A stretch of 48,053 nucleotides of DNA from an uncultured Verrucomicrobiota bacterium (GTDB taxonomy: Bacteria; Verrucomicrobiota; Verrucomicrobiia; Limisphaerales; UBA1096): NCBI GenBank assembly GCA_913030945.1, contig CAJWEP010000003.1, positions 1 to 48,053 of the forward strand, in the 5' to 3' direction. The position numbers and the translations under genes were made by a program. Below the pieces are notes generated by a model. It was not told the DNA's origin and did not search any database. It was given only the letters and a program-made list of their open reading frames with translations. Positions 1 through 10,500 of the stretch are shown here, one piece after another. The first letter of the stretch is position 1, and every line of letters starts with the position of its first letter.

Positions 1-608
1 GGTGGGCGACTGAGTTCCGCCACCTCCAGCGCACCGAGGTGCTCGAGGCCGAGGAGTTTTTTGCCAAGGGCCAAAAAGGCTCCAGCGCCATGCCGCACAA
101 GCGCAACCCGATCACCGGCGAACGCCTCACCGGCCTGGCCCGCGTGCTGCGTGGCAACGCGCTGGCCGCGATGGAAAACGTCGCCCTGTGGCACGAACGC
201 GATATCAGCCACAGCTCTGTCGAGCGCGTCATCTTCCCTGACTCCTGCACGCTGCTCAACTACATGCTCCACAAGTTGACCGACCTCACCAAGGGGCTGA
301 TCGTATACCCCAAGAACATGACCAAGAACCTCGGTCAATCGCTCGGCATGTGGAACTCGCAGTCGGTGCTGCTCGCACTCATCCGCAAGGGACTTACCCG
401 TGAGGAGTCGTATGCACTCGTCCAACGCAATGCCATGGAGACGTGGAAAACCAAGCACGCCGGCCGCGACGACGCCGACTTCCTCACGCAACTGCAGTCC
501 GACCCTGCCGTCGCGAAGCATTTCAAAAAAGGCGAACTCGAGGCCATCTGCTCCACCGACTTCCACTACAAACACATCGAGTCGCGCTTTAAAAAACTGG
601 GGCTGTGA
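1..608 (+). CDS. purB: Adenylosuccinate lyase, C-terminal part (5' truncated by window edge)
   Basis: Fumarase/ASL signature GSSAMPHKRNP and WHERDISHSSVER; frame runs in from the window start. Confidence 0.95.
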   Translation, partial: WATEFRHLQRTEVLEAEEFFAKGQKGSSAMPHKRNPITGERLTGLARVLRGNALAAMENVALWHERDISHSSVERVIFPDSCTLLNYMLHKLTDLTKGLIVYPKNMTKNLGQSLGMWNSQSVLLALIRKGLTREESYALVQRNAMETWKTKHAGRDDADFLTQLQSDPAVAKHFKKGELEAICSTDFHYKHIESRFKKLGL

Positions 609-1393
609 ATCAAGCCCTGGATAACAAGACTATCGTCATCGTCGGCGGGACGACCGGGCTGGGCCTGTCCGCCGCCAAGGCGTTCGTCAGCGAGGGGGCG
701 CAGATTGTCGTGGTGGGACGCAACGCCGACAGCGTGGCCAAGGCGGAGTCGCCGCTTGGCCAAGCGGCGCGCGGCTTGGCCGGCGATGCGACGGATCCGC
801 AGACCACACTCGAGGCAATCGGCTTGGCCAAGCGGGAATTCGGCGGATTCGACGGCCTTTACCACGTCGCCGGCGGCAGTGGACGAGCGATGGGCGATGG
901 ACCGCTGCACGAGATCAGCGACGACGGTTGGCGGCAGACGATCGACCTGAATCTCACCTCGGTTTTCAACTCAAACCGCGCCGCGCTGCGGGAGTTTGCC
1001 GCGCTTGGCCAAGGCGGCGTAATTCTCAACATGACCTCGGTACTGGCCGACTCCCCCGCCCCGAGCCATTTCGCGACGCACGCCTACGCGGCGGCCAAGG
1101 CCGGGATCGTTGGCCTCACGAAGTCGGCGGCGGCGCAGTACGCCACGCAAAACATCCGGGTGAACGCCATCGCACCGGCGCTCGTCGCCACGCCGATGTC
1201 CGGCCGCGCACAGGCGAGCGACGAAATCATGAGCTTCATCAAACAGAAGCAACCGCTGGACGGAGGCCGGATCGGCATGCCGGAAGATTTGGATGGCGCA
1301 GCGGTTTTCCTGATGTCCGCCGCCGCCAGTTTTATCACCGGCCAAGTGCTGGCCGTCGATGGCGGCTGGAACGTCAGCGAGGGGGAGGGATGA
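605..1393 (+). CDS. SDR family NAD(P)-dependent oxidoreductase
   Basis: GGTTGLG Rossmann motif, YAAAK catalytic motif, C-terminal ITGQVLAVDGG; GTGA overlap with purB stop. Confidence 0.92.
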   Translation: MNQALDNKTIVIVGGTTGLGLSAAKAFVSEGAQIVVVGRNADSVAKAESPLGQAARGLAGDATDPQTTLEAIGLAKREFGGFDGLYHVAGGSGRAMGDGPLHEISDDGWRQTIDLNLTSVFNSNRAALREFAALGQGGVILNMTSVLADSPAPSHFATHAYAAAKAGIVGLTKSAAAQYATQNIRVNAIAPALVATPMSGRAQASDEIMSFIKQKQPLDGGRIGMPEDLDGAAVFLMSAAASFITGQVLAVDGGWNVSEGEG

Positions 1394-2277
1394 ACTACAC
1401 GATTGGGATCGACCTCGGCGGCTCATGCGTCAAGGCAGTCGTCGTCACGCCGGACGGCGAAACGTTGGCAAGGCACAACCTGCCCTTCGACGCCGAGGCG
1501 GACATGGAGTGGGCCAATCGCCTCCGCGAACTCGTTCAATCAATCGAGGAGGAACAGGGCGGCAAGCCGGACAACATGGGTTTTTCGGCCCCGGGGCTGG
1601 CGGCGCTAGACGGCAGTTGCATCATGCACATGCCGGTACGGCTCGAGGGATTGGTTGGGTTGAATTGGCAAAAGTTTTTTGATTTCGACAAGGCGATCCC
1701 GGTGTTGAACGACGGCCACGCCGCCCTCCTCGGCGAAGCCTGGCTCGGGGCGGCGCGGGGATTCCAGACCGTCATTCTGCTGACTCTTGGCACCGGCGTG
1801 GGCGGCGCGGCGCTCGTCGAGGGCAAGCTGCTGCGCGGCCGCACCGGCAAAGCCGGCCACTTTGCCCACACCAGCCTTGGCCCGGATGGCCCGCCGGATG
1901 ATTGCGGATGCCCGAGCAGCCTCGAGTTGGCCATCGGAAACTGCACCCTCCAACGCCGCTCAAACGGACGTTTCACGGATACTGGCGGAATGATCGAGGC
2001 GATCGAGAGCGGCGACGCCGAGGCGGAGGCCGTCTGGCTCAAGTCGGTCAAAGGGCTTGCCGCAGCGATCTGTTCGTTCACCAACATCCTCGATCCGGAG
2101 GCGGTCATTCTCGGCGGCGGCATCGCCAACGCAGGCGACCGGTTGTTCGGCCCGCTTCGCGAGTACCTCGACCCGCTGCTTTGGAAGACGGATGACTACG
2201 AGATTAAGCTGCTCTCCGCGCAACTGGGCGATCTCGCCGGTGCCTACGGAGCCGCAGCCAACGCGCTGGGCGTTTAG
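1390..2277 (+). CDS. ROK family sugar kinase (glucokinase-like)
   Basis: IGIDLGGS, LNDGHAALLGE, LTLGTGVGG, CGC motif; ATG at 1390 overlaps the SDR stop (ATGA). Confidence 0.9.
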   Translation: MNYTIGIDLGGSCVKAVVVTPDGETLARHNLPFDAEADMEWANRLRELVQSIEEEQGGKPDNMGFSAPGLAALDGSCIMHMPVRLEGLVGLNWQKFFDFDKAIPVLNDGHAALLGEAWLGAARGFQTVILLTLGTGVGGAALVEGKLLRGRTGKAGHFAHTSLGPDGPPDDCGCPSSLELAIGNCTLQRRSNGRFTDTGGMIEAIESGDAEAEAVWLKSVKGLAAAICSFTNILDPEAVILGGGIANAGDRLFGPLREYLDPLLWKTDDYEIKLLSAQLGDLAGAYGAAANALGV

Positions 2278-2888
2278 ACGCCGAGCAACGCCTCAGCCGC
2301 AGCCACCGATGCAGCCTCACCGTCCTGCAGGATGGTTTGCCATCCCCTGCCCCTGCCGGTCCCGATGTTTTCCGGGCGGTCATCGATGTAAAGGATGGCC
2401 GCGCCGGACTCGCCGGTGCACTGCTCGACCACGTCATAAATCGGTTCGTCCGGTTTCATCGTCCCCACCTCAAACGACAGCACGTAATAGTCGAAGCGGC
2501 TGTAAAACGGAAACCGCTCGCGGATGTGCCCGATGGCGATCTCGTTGGTGTTGGAAAAAACGCAGGTGGGAAAACCGAGTGACTTGAGCCGCTCGAAGAA
2601 GGCGATCATCGTTTCCATCGGCGAAAAAATATCGGCGAAGATGCTGACGAACTCCGCGCGGTCGCCGCGAAACCCAGCCCCATCCCGGATCGCCGCAAAA
2701 AACTCATCGGTCGTGATTTTCCCGGACTCGTACTCGACTTGGATCGGCGAATCAACCGAATCAACCAGTTGCTGAATTTGCTCGATGCCAGCCTCGCTAC
2801 GCTCGGCAAACCGGCGGATAGCGATGCCGTAGTCGAAATCCACCAGCACCTTGCCGAGATCAAAAACAACGATGCTTGGCTGGCTCAT
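2274..2888 (-). CDS. HAD family phosphatase (YihX-like)
   Basis: VVFDLGKVL motif I, SNTN, KPD, IDDRPEN motifs; start chosen at ATG 2888. Confidence 0.88.
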   Translation of the reverse strand: MSQPSIVVFDLGKVLVDFDYGIAIRRFAERSEAGIEQIQQLVDSVDSPIQVEYESGKITTDEFFAAIRDGAGFRGDRAEFVSIFADIFSPMETMIAFFERLKSLGFPTCVFSNTNEIAIGHIRERFPFYSRFDYYVLSFEVGTMKPDEPIYDVVEQCTGESGAAILYIDDRPENIGTGRGRGWQTILQDGEAASVAAAEALLGV

Positions 2889-2892
2889 CGGG

Positions 2893-3510
2893 CTACTTTG
2901 CTTCCAGTTCGCGGCGACCATCGAGCGCCTGGGTCAGGGTCAACTCGTCGGCAAATTCCAACCCGCTGCCGGCCGGCAGGCCGTGGGCAATGCGAGTGAC
3001 CTTCACGCCACGCTTGACCAAGCGCTTGGCCAGGTAGTGCCCGGTGGCGTCGCCCTCCACATCGGTGCCAAGCGCGATGATGACCTCGTCCGCCGCGCCG
3101 TCGGCCAGGCGCTGCTCGAGTTGTGCCACCCGCAGTTCCTCCGGACCAACGCCGTTGATCGGCGAGATTTTGCCGCCGAGCACGTGGTAGTGGCCGCGAA
3201 ACGCGCCGGATTTCTCGACGTTCAAAATATCGACCGCGCGCTCGACAACGCAGACGGTGCGCTCGTCCCGCGCCGGGTTGGCGCAAATGCTGCACGGCGA
3301 TTTCTCGGCAAGCCCGCCGCACTGGGCGCACTCGATGATTTTGTCGCGGGACGTGACGAGCACGTCGGCCAGGCGCCGGGCCACAGCGGTGTCAGCTTGA
3401 ATCAGGTGAAGGGCGAGCCGCTCGGCGGATCGCGGGCCGATGCCCGGCAGGCGGTTGAGTTCCGCCACCAAAGCCGCAAGCGGTTCGGGGAGCGAGGCCA
3501 CGGGCAACAA
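2893..3510 (-). CDS. recR: Recombination mediator RecR
   Basis: LPGIGPRSAERL HhH, C4 zinc finger, YHVLGG, TDVEGDAT toprim; dnaX-ybaB-recR synteny. Confidence 0.97.
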   Translation of the reverse strand: MLPVASLPEPLAALVAELNRLPGIGPRSAERLALHLIQADTAVARRLADVLVTSRDKIIECAQCGGLAEKSPCSICANPARDERTVCVVERAVDILNVEKSGAFRGHYHVLGGKISPINGVGPEELRVAQLEQRLADGAADEVIIALGTDVEGDATGHYLAKRLVKRGVKVTRIAHGLPAGSGLEFADELTLTQALDGRRELEAK

Positions 3511-3831
3511 TCAGAGCCCCGGCAGACCCATGCCGCCGCCCATGCCGCCGGTGAGTTTGCCCATCTCGGCGGACTGCGTTTCGCGCCCCTTGTCGAGCGC
3601 CTGGTTGACCGCGCCGAGTACCATGTCCTCGAGCATGGAGATGTCTTCCGTGTCCACGGCGTCGGGATCGATGCTGATCGACTTGACCACGCCGTCACAG
3701 CTTGCCGTGACCTTGACCGCGCCGCCGCCGCTTGAGGCCTCGACGATTTGTTCGGCCAACTGGGCCTGCGCCTCCTGCATTTGCCGCTGCATCTTGGCGG
3801 CCTGCTTCATGAGTTTACCAATGCTTGCCAT
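3511..3831 (-). CDS. ybaB: YbaB/EbfC nucleoid-associated protein
   Basis: MKQAAKMQ...GGGAVKV...LEDMVLGAVN; lies between dnaX and recR. Confidence 0.95.
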   Translation of the reverse strand: MASIGKLMKQAAKMQRQMQEAQAQLAEQIVEASSGGGAVKVTASCDGVVKSISIDPDAVDTEDISMLEDMVLGAVNQALDKGRETQSAEMGKLTGGMGGGMGLPGL

Positions 3832-3846
3832 GTTGAAATTATCGGC

Positions 3847-5535
3847 TCACTTCCGCACCTCGACGATCCGGCCCCGGAACAGTTCCAGCGCCTTTTGAAT
3901 GAGCGGGTCGTTCTTGAATTCTTCCGGGTCGATCTTCTCCGGCTGGGTAACGGCCTTCGTCTTCCCCGGCTTCGCACGGCCAGCAGCGGACGGCTCGTCG
4001 ATCGGCTCCAGCGGGGGGGCCGGTGCCCGGCCCTCAGACGGCGGCTCGCTGGTGAAACGGAACTGCACATCCGCATGGCCAAGCGCAGCTAGTTGCTCCG
4101 CGAGCATCTTGTGGTTCCGCTGGTTGTCCACCAACGCGAGATGCTCCTCGGTGACACCGATCTCGAAGATGCCGTTTGAAAACGACACGGCGTGCGCCTG
4201 CTGAAAATAGGCCTGCATGAACGGGCTGGCCTTGCTCGCAGCGGCGGCGAGCTGCGACCAGAGCGCCTGCAAATCGACCGGCTTCGCCGACGCTGGGGGC
4301 GGCTCGGCCTCGGGAGCCGACTTGGCCGGTTCGCTTGCCTTGGGCGCCGGTTTGGGAGCGGCAGCCGAGGACGCTTGGCCCGCTGATGGCGGCTCGTTGT
4401 CGCGCAGTTTTTCCAGTTGCCCAAGCACCTCGTCGATGCCCAGCGCCGCCTTGGCCTGCGCCGCCTTGAGCAGTGACACCTCGATCAGGATTTTCTTCGA
4501 CGTGGCCATGCGCAGGCGGCCTTCGCACTCGGTCAGAACATCGAGCACGCGCGTCAACGCCTGCTCGTCGGCCAGTTGAATGCCGGCCTGCAGGGCGGCC
4601 GCTTCCGCTTCGCTGACCTCCAGCAAGGAGAGGTCGCCCTTGGACACGACATACACCAGCCGGTTGCGAATGTGCGTCAGCAGATCGCCGACCAGCCGGC
4701 CCAAGTCCTTGCCCTGGCTGGCGAGGGCGTTTAGCTCGGTCAGCGTCCGGGTGGAGTCGCCGCTGAGCACCGCCTCGGCCAGCGCGAACAACTGCCCCTG
4801 CGCTGTCAACCCGAACATCGAGAGCACGTCCGGCTCGGTGATGGTGTTGCCGCAAAAACTGATGAGCTGATCGAGCGCTGACTCGGCGTCGCGCATGCAG
4901 CCTTCCGCGCCGCGCGCGATGGCAAACAGCGCCCCCTCGTCAATCGTCACCTTCTCCTCGCCGCAAATGTACTTGAGATGCCCGGCGATGAGGTTCACCG
5001 GGATGCGCCGGAGATCGAAGCGTTGGCAGCGGGACATGATGGTCGGCAGCACCTTCTCCGGTTCGGTGGTGGCGAACATGAACTTCACGTGCGCCGGCGG
5101 CTCCTCGAGCGTCTTGAGCAGGGCGTTGAACGCCGCCGTGGTGAGCATGTGCACCTCGTCGATGATGTAGATCTTGAACTTCGACGAGGCCGGCGCATAA
5201 AGGCAGGTCTCGCGCAACTCACGCACCTGCTCGACACCGTTATTGCTGGCACCGTCGACCTCGAGCACATCGATCGAGCGGCTCTCGGCGATCTCGATGC
5301 ACTTAGTGTCGTCGTCTGGGAAATCGACCTTTGGCCCGTCGGTGCAGTTTAGGCACTTGGCAAAAATCCGCGCCAGGGTCGTCTTACCTGTTCCCCTTGG
5401 CCCGCAAAACAGATAGGCATGCGCGATGCGCTCACCGCTGATGGCGTTGACCAACGTCTGACTGACGTGATCCTGACCGACGACATCGCTGAAGCGTTGC
5501 GGACGGTACTTGCGGGCTATGACCTGGTAGGACAC
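3847..5535 (-). CDS. dnaX: DNA polymerase III subunit gamma/tau
   Basis: SYQVIARKYRPQ, GPRGTGKTT Walker A, IIDEVHML, SRC motif; GTG start at 5535 inferred from the conserved N-terminus. Confidence 0.97.
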   Translation of the reverse strand: MSYQVIARKYRPQRFSDVVGQDHVSQTLVNAISGERIAHAYLFCGPRGTGKTTLARIFAKCLNCTDGPKVDFPDDDTKCIEIAESRSIDVLEVDGASNNGVEQVRELRETCLYAPASSKFKIYIIDEVHMLTTAAFNALLKTLEEPPAHVKFMFATTEPEKVLPTIMSRCQRFDLRRIPVNLIAGHLKYICGEEKVTIDEGALFAIARGAEGCMRDAESALDQLISFCGNTITEPDVLSMFGLTAQGQLFALAEAVLSGDSTRTLTELNALASQGKDLGRLVGDLLTHIRNRLVYVVSKGDLSLLEVSEAEAAALQAGIQLADEQALTRVLDVLTECEGRLRMATSKKILIEVSLLKAAQAKAALGIDEVLGQLEKLRDNEPPSAGQASSAAAPKPAPKASEPAKSAPEAEPPPASAKPVDLQALWSQLAAAASKASPFMQAYFQQAHAVSFSNGIFEIGVTEEHLALVDNQRNHKMLAEQLAALGHADVQFRFTSEPPSEGRAPAPPLEPIDEPSAAGRAKPGKTKAVTQPEKIDPEEFKNDPLIQKALELFRGRIVEVRK

Positions 5536-5669
5536 CGGCAGCAGCCTAACCGCTCGGCGCAGCCCAGAAAAGCGCAATGCGCTTGGCCAAGCGCTTGGCA
5601 GCAAAAACTTGTCAGACCCGCCGAAATCCGGATACTTGGCCAAGCGCAAGTTCAGCATTCCTCCACAAA

Positions 5670-6497
5670 ATGGCACACGACATCGAATCCCGACTAGCCG
5701 TTTGCAGTTGGTCGCTGCGGCCGAAAACCTCCGAGGCGCTCGTCGCTAACCTCCGCGAAATCGATATCCCGCGTGTCCAACTCGCACTCGATCCACTCCG
5801 CGAAAACCCTGAGGCATGGGGCAAAACCGCTGAGCTATTCGCCGCCGAAGGCATCGAGATCGTCTCCGGTATGTTCGGCACCATCGGCGAGGATTACTCG
5901 TCGCTCGATGCCATCAAGGAAACTGGCGGCGTCGTGCCGGACGAGCATTGGGACGCTAACTGGGCCAACATCCGGTCCGTCGCCCGCATCGCCGCCGGGC
6001 TTGGCCTGAAACTGGTCACCTTCCATGCTGGCTTCCTGCCGCACGAGGAGAGCGACTCCGGCTTTGCCAAGCTGCTTGGCCGCATCACGCAGATCGCTGA
6101 CGTGTTTGATACCTACGACATCGACCTTGGCTTCGAGACTGGACAAGAAACCGCCGACACACTGCGATTGTTTCTCGAGAAACTCGATCGGCCCAGCATC
6201 GGCGTCAACTTCGACCCGGCGAACATGATCCTGTACGACAAGGGCGACCCAATCGAGGCGCTCGAGACCCTCGCGCCGTTCCTCAAGCAGTGCCATATCA
6301 AGGACGCCACCCTCACCAGGGAGCCGGGCACATGGGGCGCCGAGGTCACCGTCGGCACTGGCGAGGTCGATTGGCCGGCGTTCTTCGCCACCCTGGCCAA
6401 GCTCGACTACAGGGGCGACTGCTGCATCGAGCGCGAAGCCGACGACCAGCGCGTGGCTGACATCCGCACCGCCCGCGAATTCGTCACCCAGCTTTAA
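5670..6497 (+). CDS. Sugar phosphate isomerase/epimerase family (xylose isomerase-like TIM barrel)
   Basis: FETGQE, NFDPANM, HIKD, IERE metal-binding motifs; ATG 5670. Confidence 0.88.
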   Translation: MAHDIESRLAVCSWSLRPKTSEALVANLREIDIPRVQLALDPLRENPEAWGKTAELFAAEGIEIVSGMFGTIGEDYSSLDAIKETGGVVPDEHWDANWANIRSVARIAAGLGLKLVTFHAGFLPHEESDSGFAKLLGRITQIADVFDTYDIDLGFETGQETADTLRLFLEKLDRPSIGVNFDPANMILYDKGDPIEALETLAPFLKQCHIKDATLTREPGTWGAEVTVGTGEVDWPAFFATLAKLDYRGDCCIEREADDQRVADIRTAREFVTQL

Positions 6498-6501
6498 CAA
6501 T

Positions 6502-7536
6502 ATGGCCAGCGACAACATCAACATCGGCATCGTCGGGCTTGGCTTCATGGCCGCGATGCACATCCGCGCGTACCGCCAAATCGACGGTGCAAACGTCGGC
6601 GCAATCTGCGACCTTGATCCCGAACGACTCAAGGGCGACTTCAGTAAAGTGCTCGGCAACATCGACTCCGGCGACCCGGTCAAGCTCGACATGAGCCAAG
6701 TCAAAGCCTATCAGAATTTCAACGAACTCCTTGCCGACGAGTCCATCGATGTCATCGACATCTGCACCCCCACGCGCACGCATCTGCGAATGGCCCAGCC
6801 GGCACTCGCCTCAGGCAAACATGTGATCTGCGAAAAACCGCTCGCCCGGACAGTCGACGAGGCCAGGGAACTCGCCGCTGCCGCCGAGCAGGCCAAGGGC
6901 CGGTTCATGGTCGCCATGTGCCTTCGCTTTTGGCCGCAATGGGCGTGGGTCAAGGAGGCGGTCGACAGCAACCGCTACGGCAAGGTGCAGGCCGCGCATT
7001 TTCAGCGCATCGCCGAGCCGCCGGCCTGGGGGCAGGCCATCTACTTCGACGGCGCAACGTCCGGCGGCGCGTTGTTCGACCTGCACGTGCACGACACTGA
7101 CTTCGTGCAACACGTCTTCGGAAGGCCGAAATCCGTTTACTCGACCGGCTTCACCAAGGTCAGCGGGGCGATCGACCATGTGCTGACGCAGTACGAGGTC
7201 GAATGCGGGGCCAAGGTCAGCGCCGAGGGCAGTTGGGCAATGACACCCGGCTGGGGCTTCAACATGTCATACCGCGTCATCTTCGAGCGGGCCACTGCCG
7301 ACTACGACATCGGCCGCGAGGACGAACCGCTACGGCTGTTCGAAGAGGGCAAGGAAAAGCAGGTAATCGAGTGCGAAGGCACGGATGGCTATGCCGGGGA
7401 ACTGGCCCACTTCATCGACAGCATTCGCTCCGGCCAGGCGCCCAGCGTGTCCGCTGACGACGGTCTATGCACGGTGGAAATCTGCGCCGCCGAGGAGCAG
7501 TCCGTCCAGACCGGCCAACCCGTAACTCTTCGCTGA
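6502..7536 (+). CDS. Gfo/Idh/MocA oxidoreductase (cytoplasmic, no Tat signal)
   Basis: GIVGLGFM, CEKP, GGALFDLHVHD motifs. Confidence 0.92.
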   Translation: MASDNINIGIVGLGFMAAMHIRAYRQIDGANVGAICDLDPERLKGDFSKVLGNIDSGDPVKLDMSQVKAYQNFNELLADESIDVIDICTPTRTHLRMAQPALASGKHVICEKPLARTVDEARELAAAAEQAKGRFMVAMCLRFWPQWAWVKEAVDSNRYGKVQAAHFQRIAEPPAWGQAIYFDGATSGGALFDLHVHDTDFVQHVFGRPKSVYSTGFTKVSGAIDHVLTQYEVECGAKVSAEGSWAMTPGWGFNMSYRVIFERATADYDIGREDEPLRLFEEGKEKQVIECEGTDGYAGELAHFIDSIRSGQAPSVSADDGLCTVEICAAEEQSVQTGQPVTLR

Positions 7537-7547
7537 AGGCAGACACG

Positions 7548-10500
7548 CTACTCACTCCCTTTCAGCACCCGTTGGCACAGCGCCGGCAGCACCACCAACG
7601 TCAGCGCGGTGGCGGTGAGGATGCCGCCGATGACGACGGTGGCCAGCGGTCGCTGAACCTCCGCGCCGGTGCCGGTGGCCAACGCCATCGGAACGAAGCC
7701 GAGCGATGCAACCAACGCGGTCATCAGCACGGGGCGCAGACGTGTGAGCGCTCCCTCGCGGATGGCTTCCCCGAGCGGCCTGCCCTGATCGCGCAACTGG
7801 TTGATGAACGTGACCAGCACCAGGCCGTTCAGCACCGCCACACCCGACAACGCGATGAAACCAACCGCCGCCGAGATGGAGAACGGCAGCCCGCGCAACG
7901 CCAGCGCCGCCACGCCGCCGGTCAGCGCCAGCGGCACGGCGGTGAAGACGAGCAGCGCCGGGCGCACCGCGCCGAAGGTCGCGTGGAGCAGCAGAAAGAT
8001 CAGCACAAAACAAACCGGCACAACGACGGCTAGGCGCTGCCGGGCAGCGGTAAGATTCTCAAATTGCCCACCCCAGTCCAGCCACACTCCGGCGGGAAGT
8101 TCCACGTCCGAGTTCACCCGCTCGCGCACTTCGCTGACGAATCCAGCCAAGTCGCGCCCGCGCACGTTGCACTGCGCCACCACGCGGCGTTTGCTGTTTT
8201 CTCGGCTGACCTGAAACGGCCCCTCGGTCTGCACCACCTCCGCCAACTCGCCAAGCGGCAACACCGGCGGGAGAGCGGCACTTTCATTTGCGCCACCCGG
8301 CAAAAGGATCGGCAACGCCGCCAGCGTGGCTGCCTGCTTCCGCTTGGCCTCGGGCAATCGGACGACAATGTCGAACCGCCGGTCGCCATCGAACACCTGC
8401 CCCGCCGCGCGGCCGCCGATGGCGATGTTGACGCTCGCCACCACGGCGGCGGCATCCAGCCCGTAGCGCGCCAATATTCCGGGCCGAGGTCGCACAGTCA
8501 GTTCCGGAAGGCCGGTTGTTTGCTCAACTTTCACGTCGGCCGCGCCGGGCACGTCATTCATCACAGCGGCGATTTTTTCCGCAGTGCGCCGCAGTTCAGC
8601 CGGATTTTCGCCGAAAACCTTCACCGCAAGATCGCCCCGCACCCCGGCTATGAGTTCGTGAAACCGCATCTCGATCGGCTGGGAAAATTCGTACTTGTTG
8701 CCGACCAAGGGGGCCACGGCGTCGCGCACTTTTGACTCGATGGAAATCTCACCCTCGGGTGCACGCTTGGCCAAGCGCGGCTCCGGCCACTCGGCACGCG
8801 GCTTGAAGATGATAAGCGTGTCCGAGACACTCGGCGGCATCGTGTCGGCCGCCAGGTCGGCAGTGCCGGTTTTCGAAAAAACCAGCTCGACCTCCGGCAA
8901 CTCCGGCAGCATGGCCACGGCGCGCTCGACCTCAAGTTGCATCCGAGTGGACTGTTCGATGCCGGTGCCGGGGATGCGCATCGCGTGCATGGCGATGTCG
9001 CCCTCGTCCAACTGCGGCACGAACACCTGCCCAAGGTTCGCGAACACCACGCCCGCGCCAAGCAGTATCGCCGACGCCGCGCCGAGCACCACACCCCGGC
9101 GGCGCAGTGCAAACTCCAGCACCGGTGCGTACCCCCGCCGCGCCGTTCGCATGAGGGCGTTGTCACTCTCCGCTACGCGCCCGTTTATGGCCAGAGCCAC
9201 CATCGCCGGCACGAACGTCAGCGACAACACGAACGCCCCAGCGAGCGCGAAGATCACCGTGAGCGCCATCGGGTGAAACAGCTTCCCCTCGATGCCGGTG
9301 AGCGCGAGAACCGGCAGATAAACCACCGTGATAATGCCGACGCCGAACACGAATGGACGGCGCACTTCATGGCTGGCGGCGCGGACAACGCCGAGCCGTT
9401 CGCTGAGCGTTAGCAACCGGCCCAGTTCGCGCTGGCGGTCGGCCAAGCGGCGCAGGCAGTTCTCCACAATGATGACCGAGCCATCGATGATAATCCCGAA
9501 GTCAATCGCGCCGAGGCTCATCAGGTTGCCGCTGATGCCGGCGCGATGCATCCCAGCTGCCGCGAGCAGCATCGAGAGCGGGATGGTCAGCGCGGTGAGA
9601 AACGCGGCGCGAAGGTTGCCGAGCAGCCCGAAGAGCACGGCGATCACCAGCGCCGCGCCGTAAAACAAATTGTGCGCCACGGTGTCGATGGTGGCGTTCA
9701 CCAGCCGCGAGCGGTCGAGCACGGGCCGAACGGCAATACCCGGTGGAAGACTGCGACGCACCTCCTCCAACTGCTCCGCCGCCGCCTTGGCCACGTCGCG
9801 ACTGTTCGCGCCGGTGAGCATCATCGCCGTGCCGACCACTGCCTCATGCCCGTCGACGCTGGCGCTGCCGAGCCGCATTTCGCCGCCGAGCGTGACGTCC
9901 GCCACGTCGCCAACGCGAACTGGTGTGCCGTTACTCTGCTTCACCAAGACGTCCGCAATGGCCGCCGAGCCCCCGAGTCGGCTGCTGGCCCGTACAAGCG
10001 CCGCCGAGCCATCACGTTCAATGTAACCCGCGCCGAGACTGAGATTGTTCCGCTCCAACGCGGCGGCGAGGTCGTTGAGTGTCAGGCCATGCGCGCTCAA
10101 CGGCCCAAGCCGAGGCAGCACGTGATATTGTTTCACATAACCGCCGATGGCATCGACGTCGGCCACGAGCGGGACGGTCTTAATCTGTGGCCGGATGATC
10201 CAGTCCTGCACCGTGCGCAGATAGGCCAAGCGTTGAACCTCGTTGGTGAGCCGCTCGCCACCGGGCGTGACGAAGCCGCCCGCTTGGCCAAGCGCAGGCG
10301 GATCGAACTCCACCGCCCACATGAGCACCTCGCCAAGCCCGGTGGTGATCGGCCCCATCCTAGGCTTGATCCCCGCCGGCAATGACTCCCGCGCAGCAGT
10401 CAGCCGCTCGTTGATTTGCTGTCGAGCAAAGTAAATGTCCACCGCGTCATCAAACACCGCCGTCACCTGGCAGAAACCGTTGCGCGATATCGACCGCGTA

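Noticed and set aside
928-1389. N-terminal extensions given in the ORF track (ROK from 928, dnaX from 5676, ThuA from 27301, lnt from 27866, Gfo from 33621)
   Set aside because: They overlap other genes or spacers; family N-termini begin at downstream starts
3847-5535. Programmed -1 frameshift site in dnaX
   Set aside because: No A AAA AAG or long A run seen on the coding strand; only A5 near 4408-4412
5536-5669. SRP RNA (ffs) upstream of dnaX, as found in many bacteria
   Set aside because: No SRP domain IV signature (CAGG…GNRA…AGCAG) could be found; the spacer is dominated by palindrome copies
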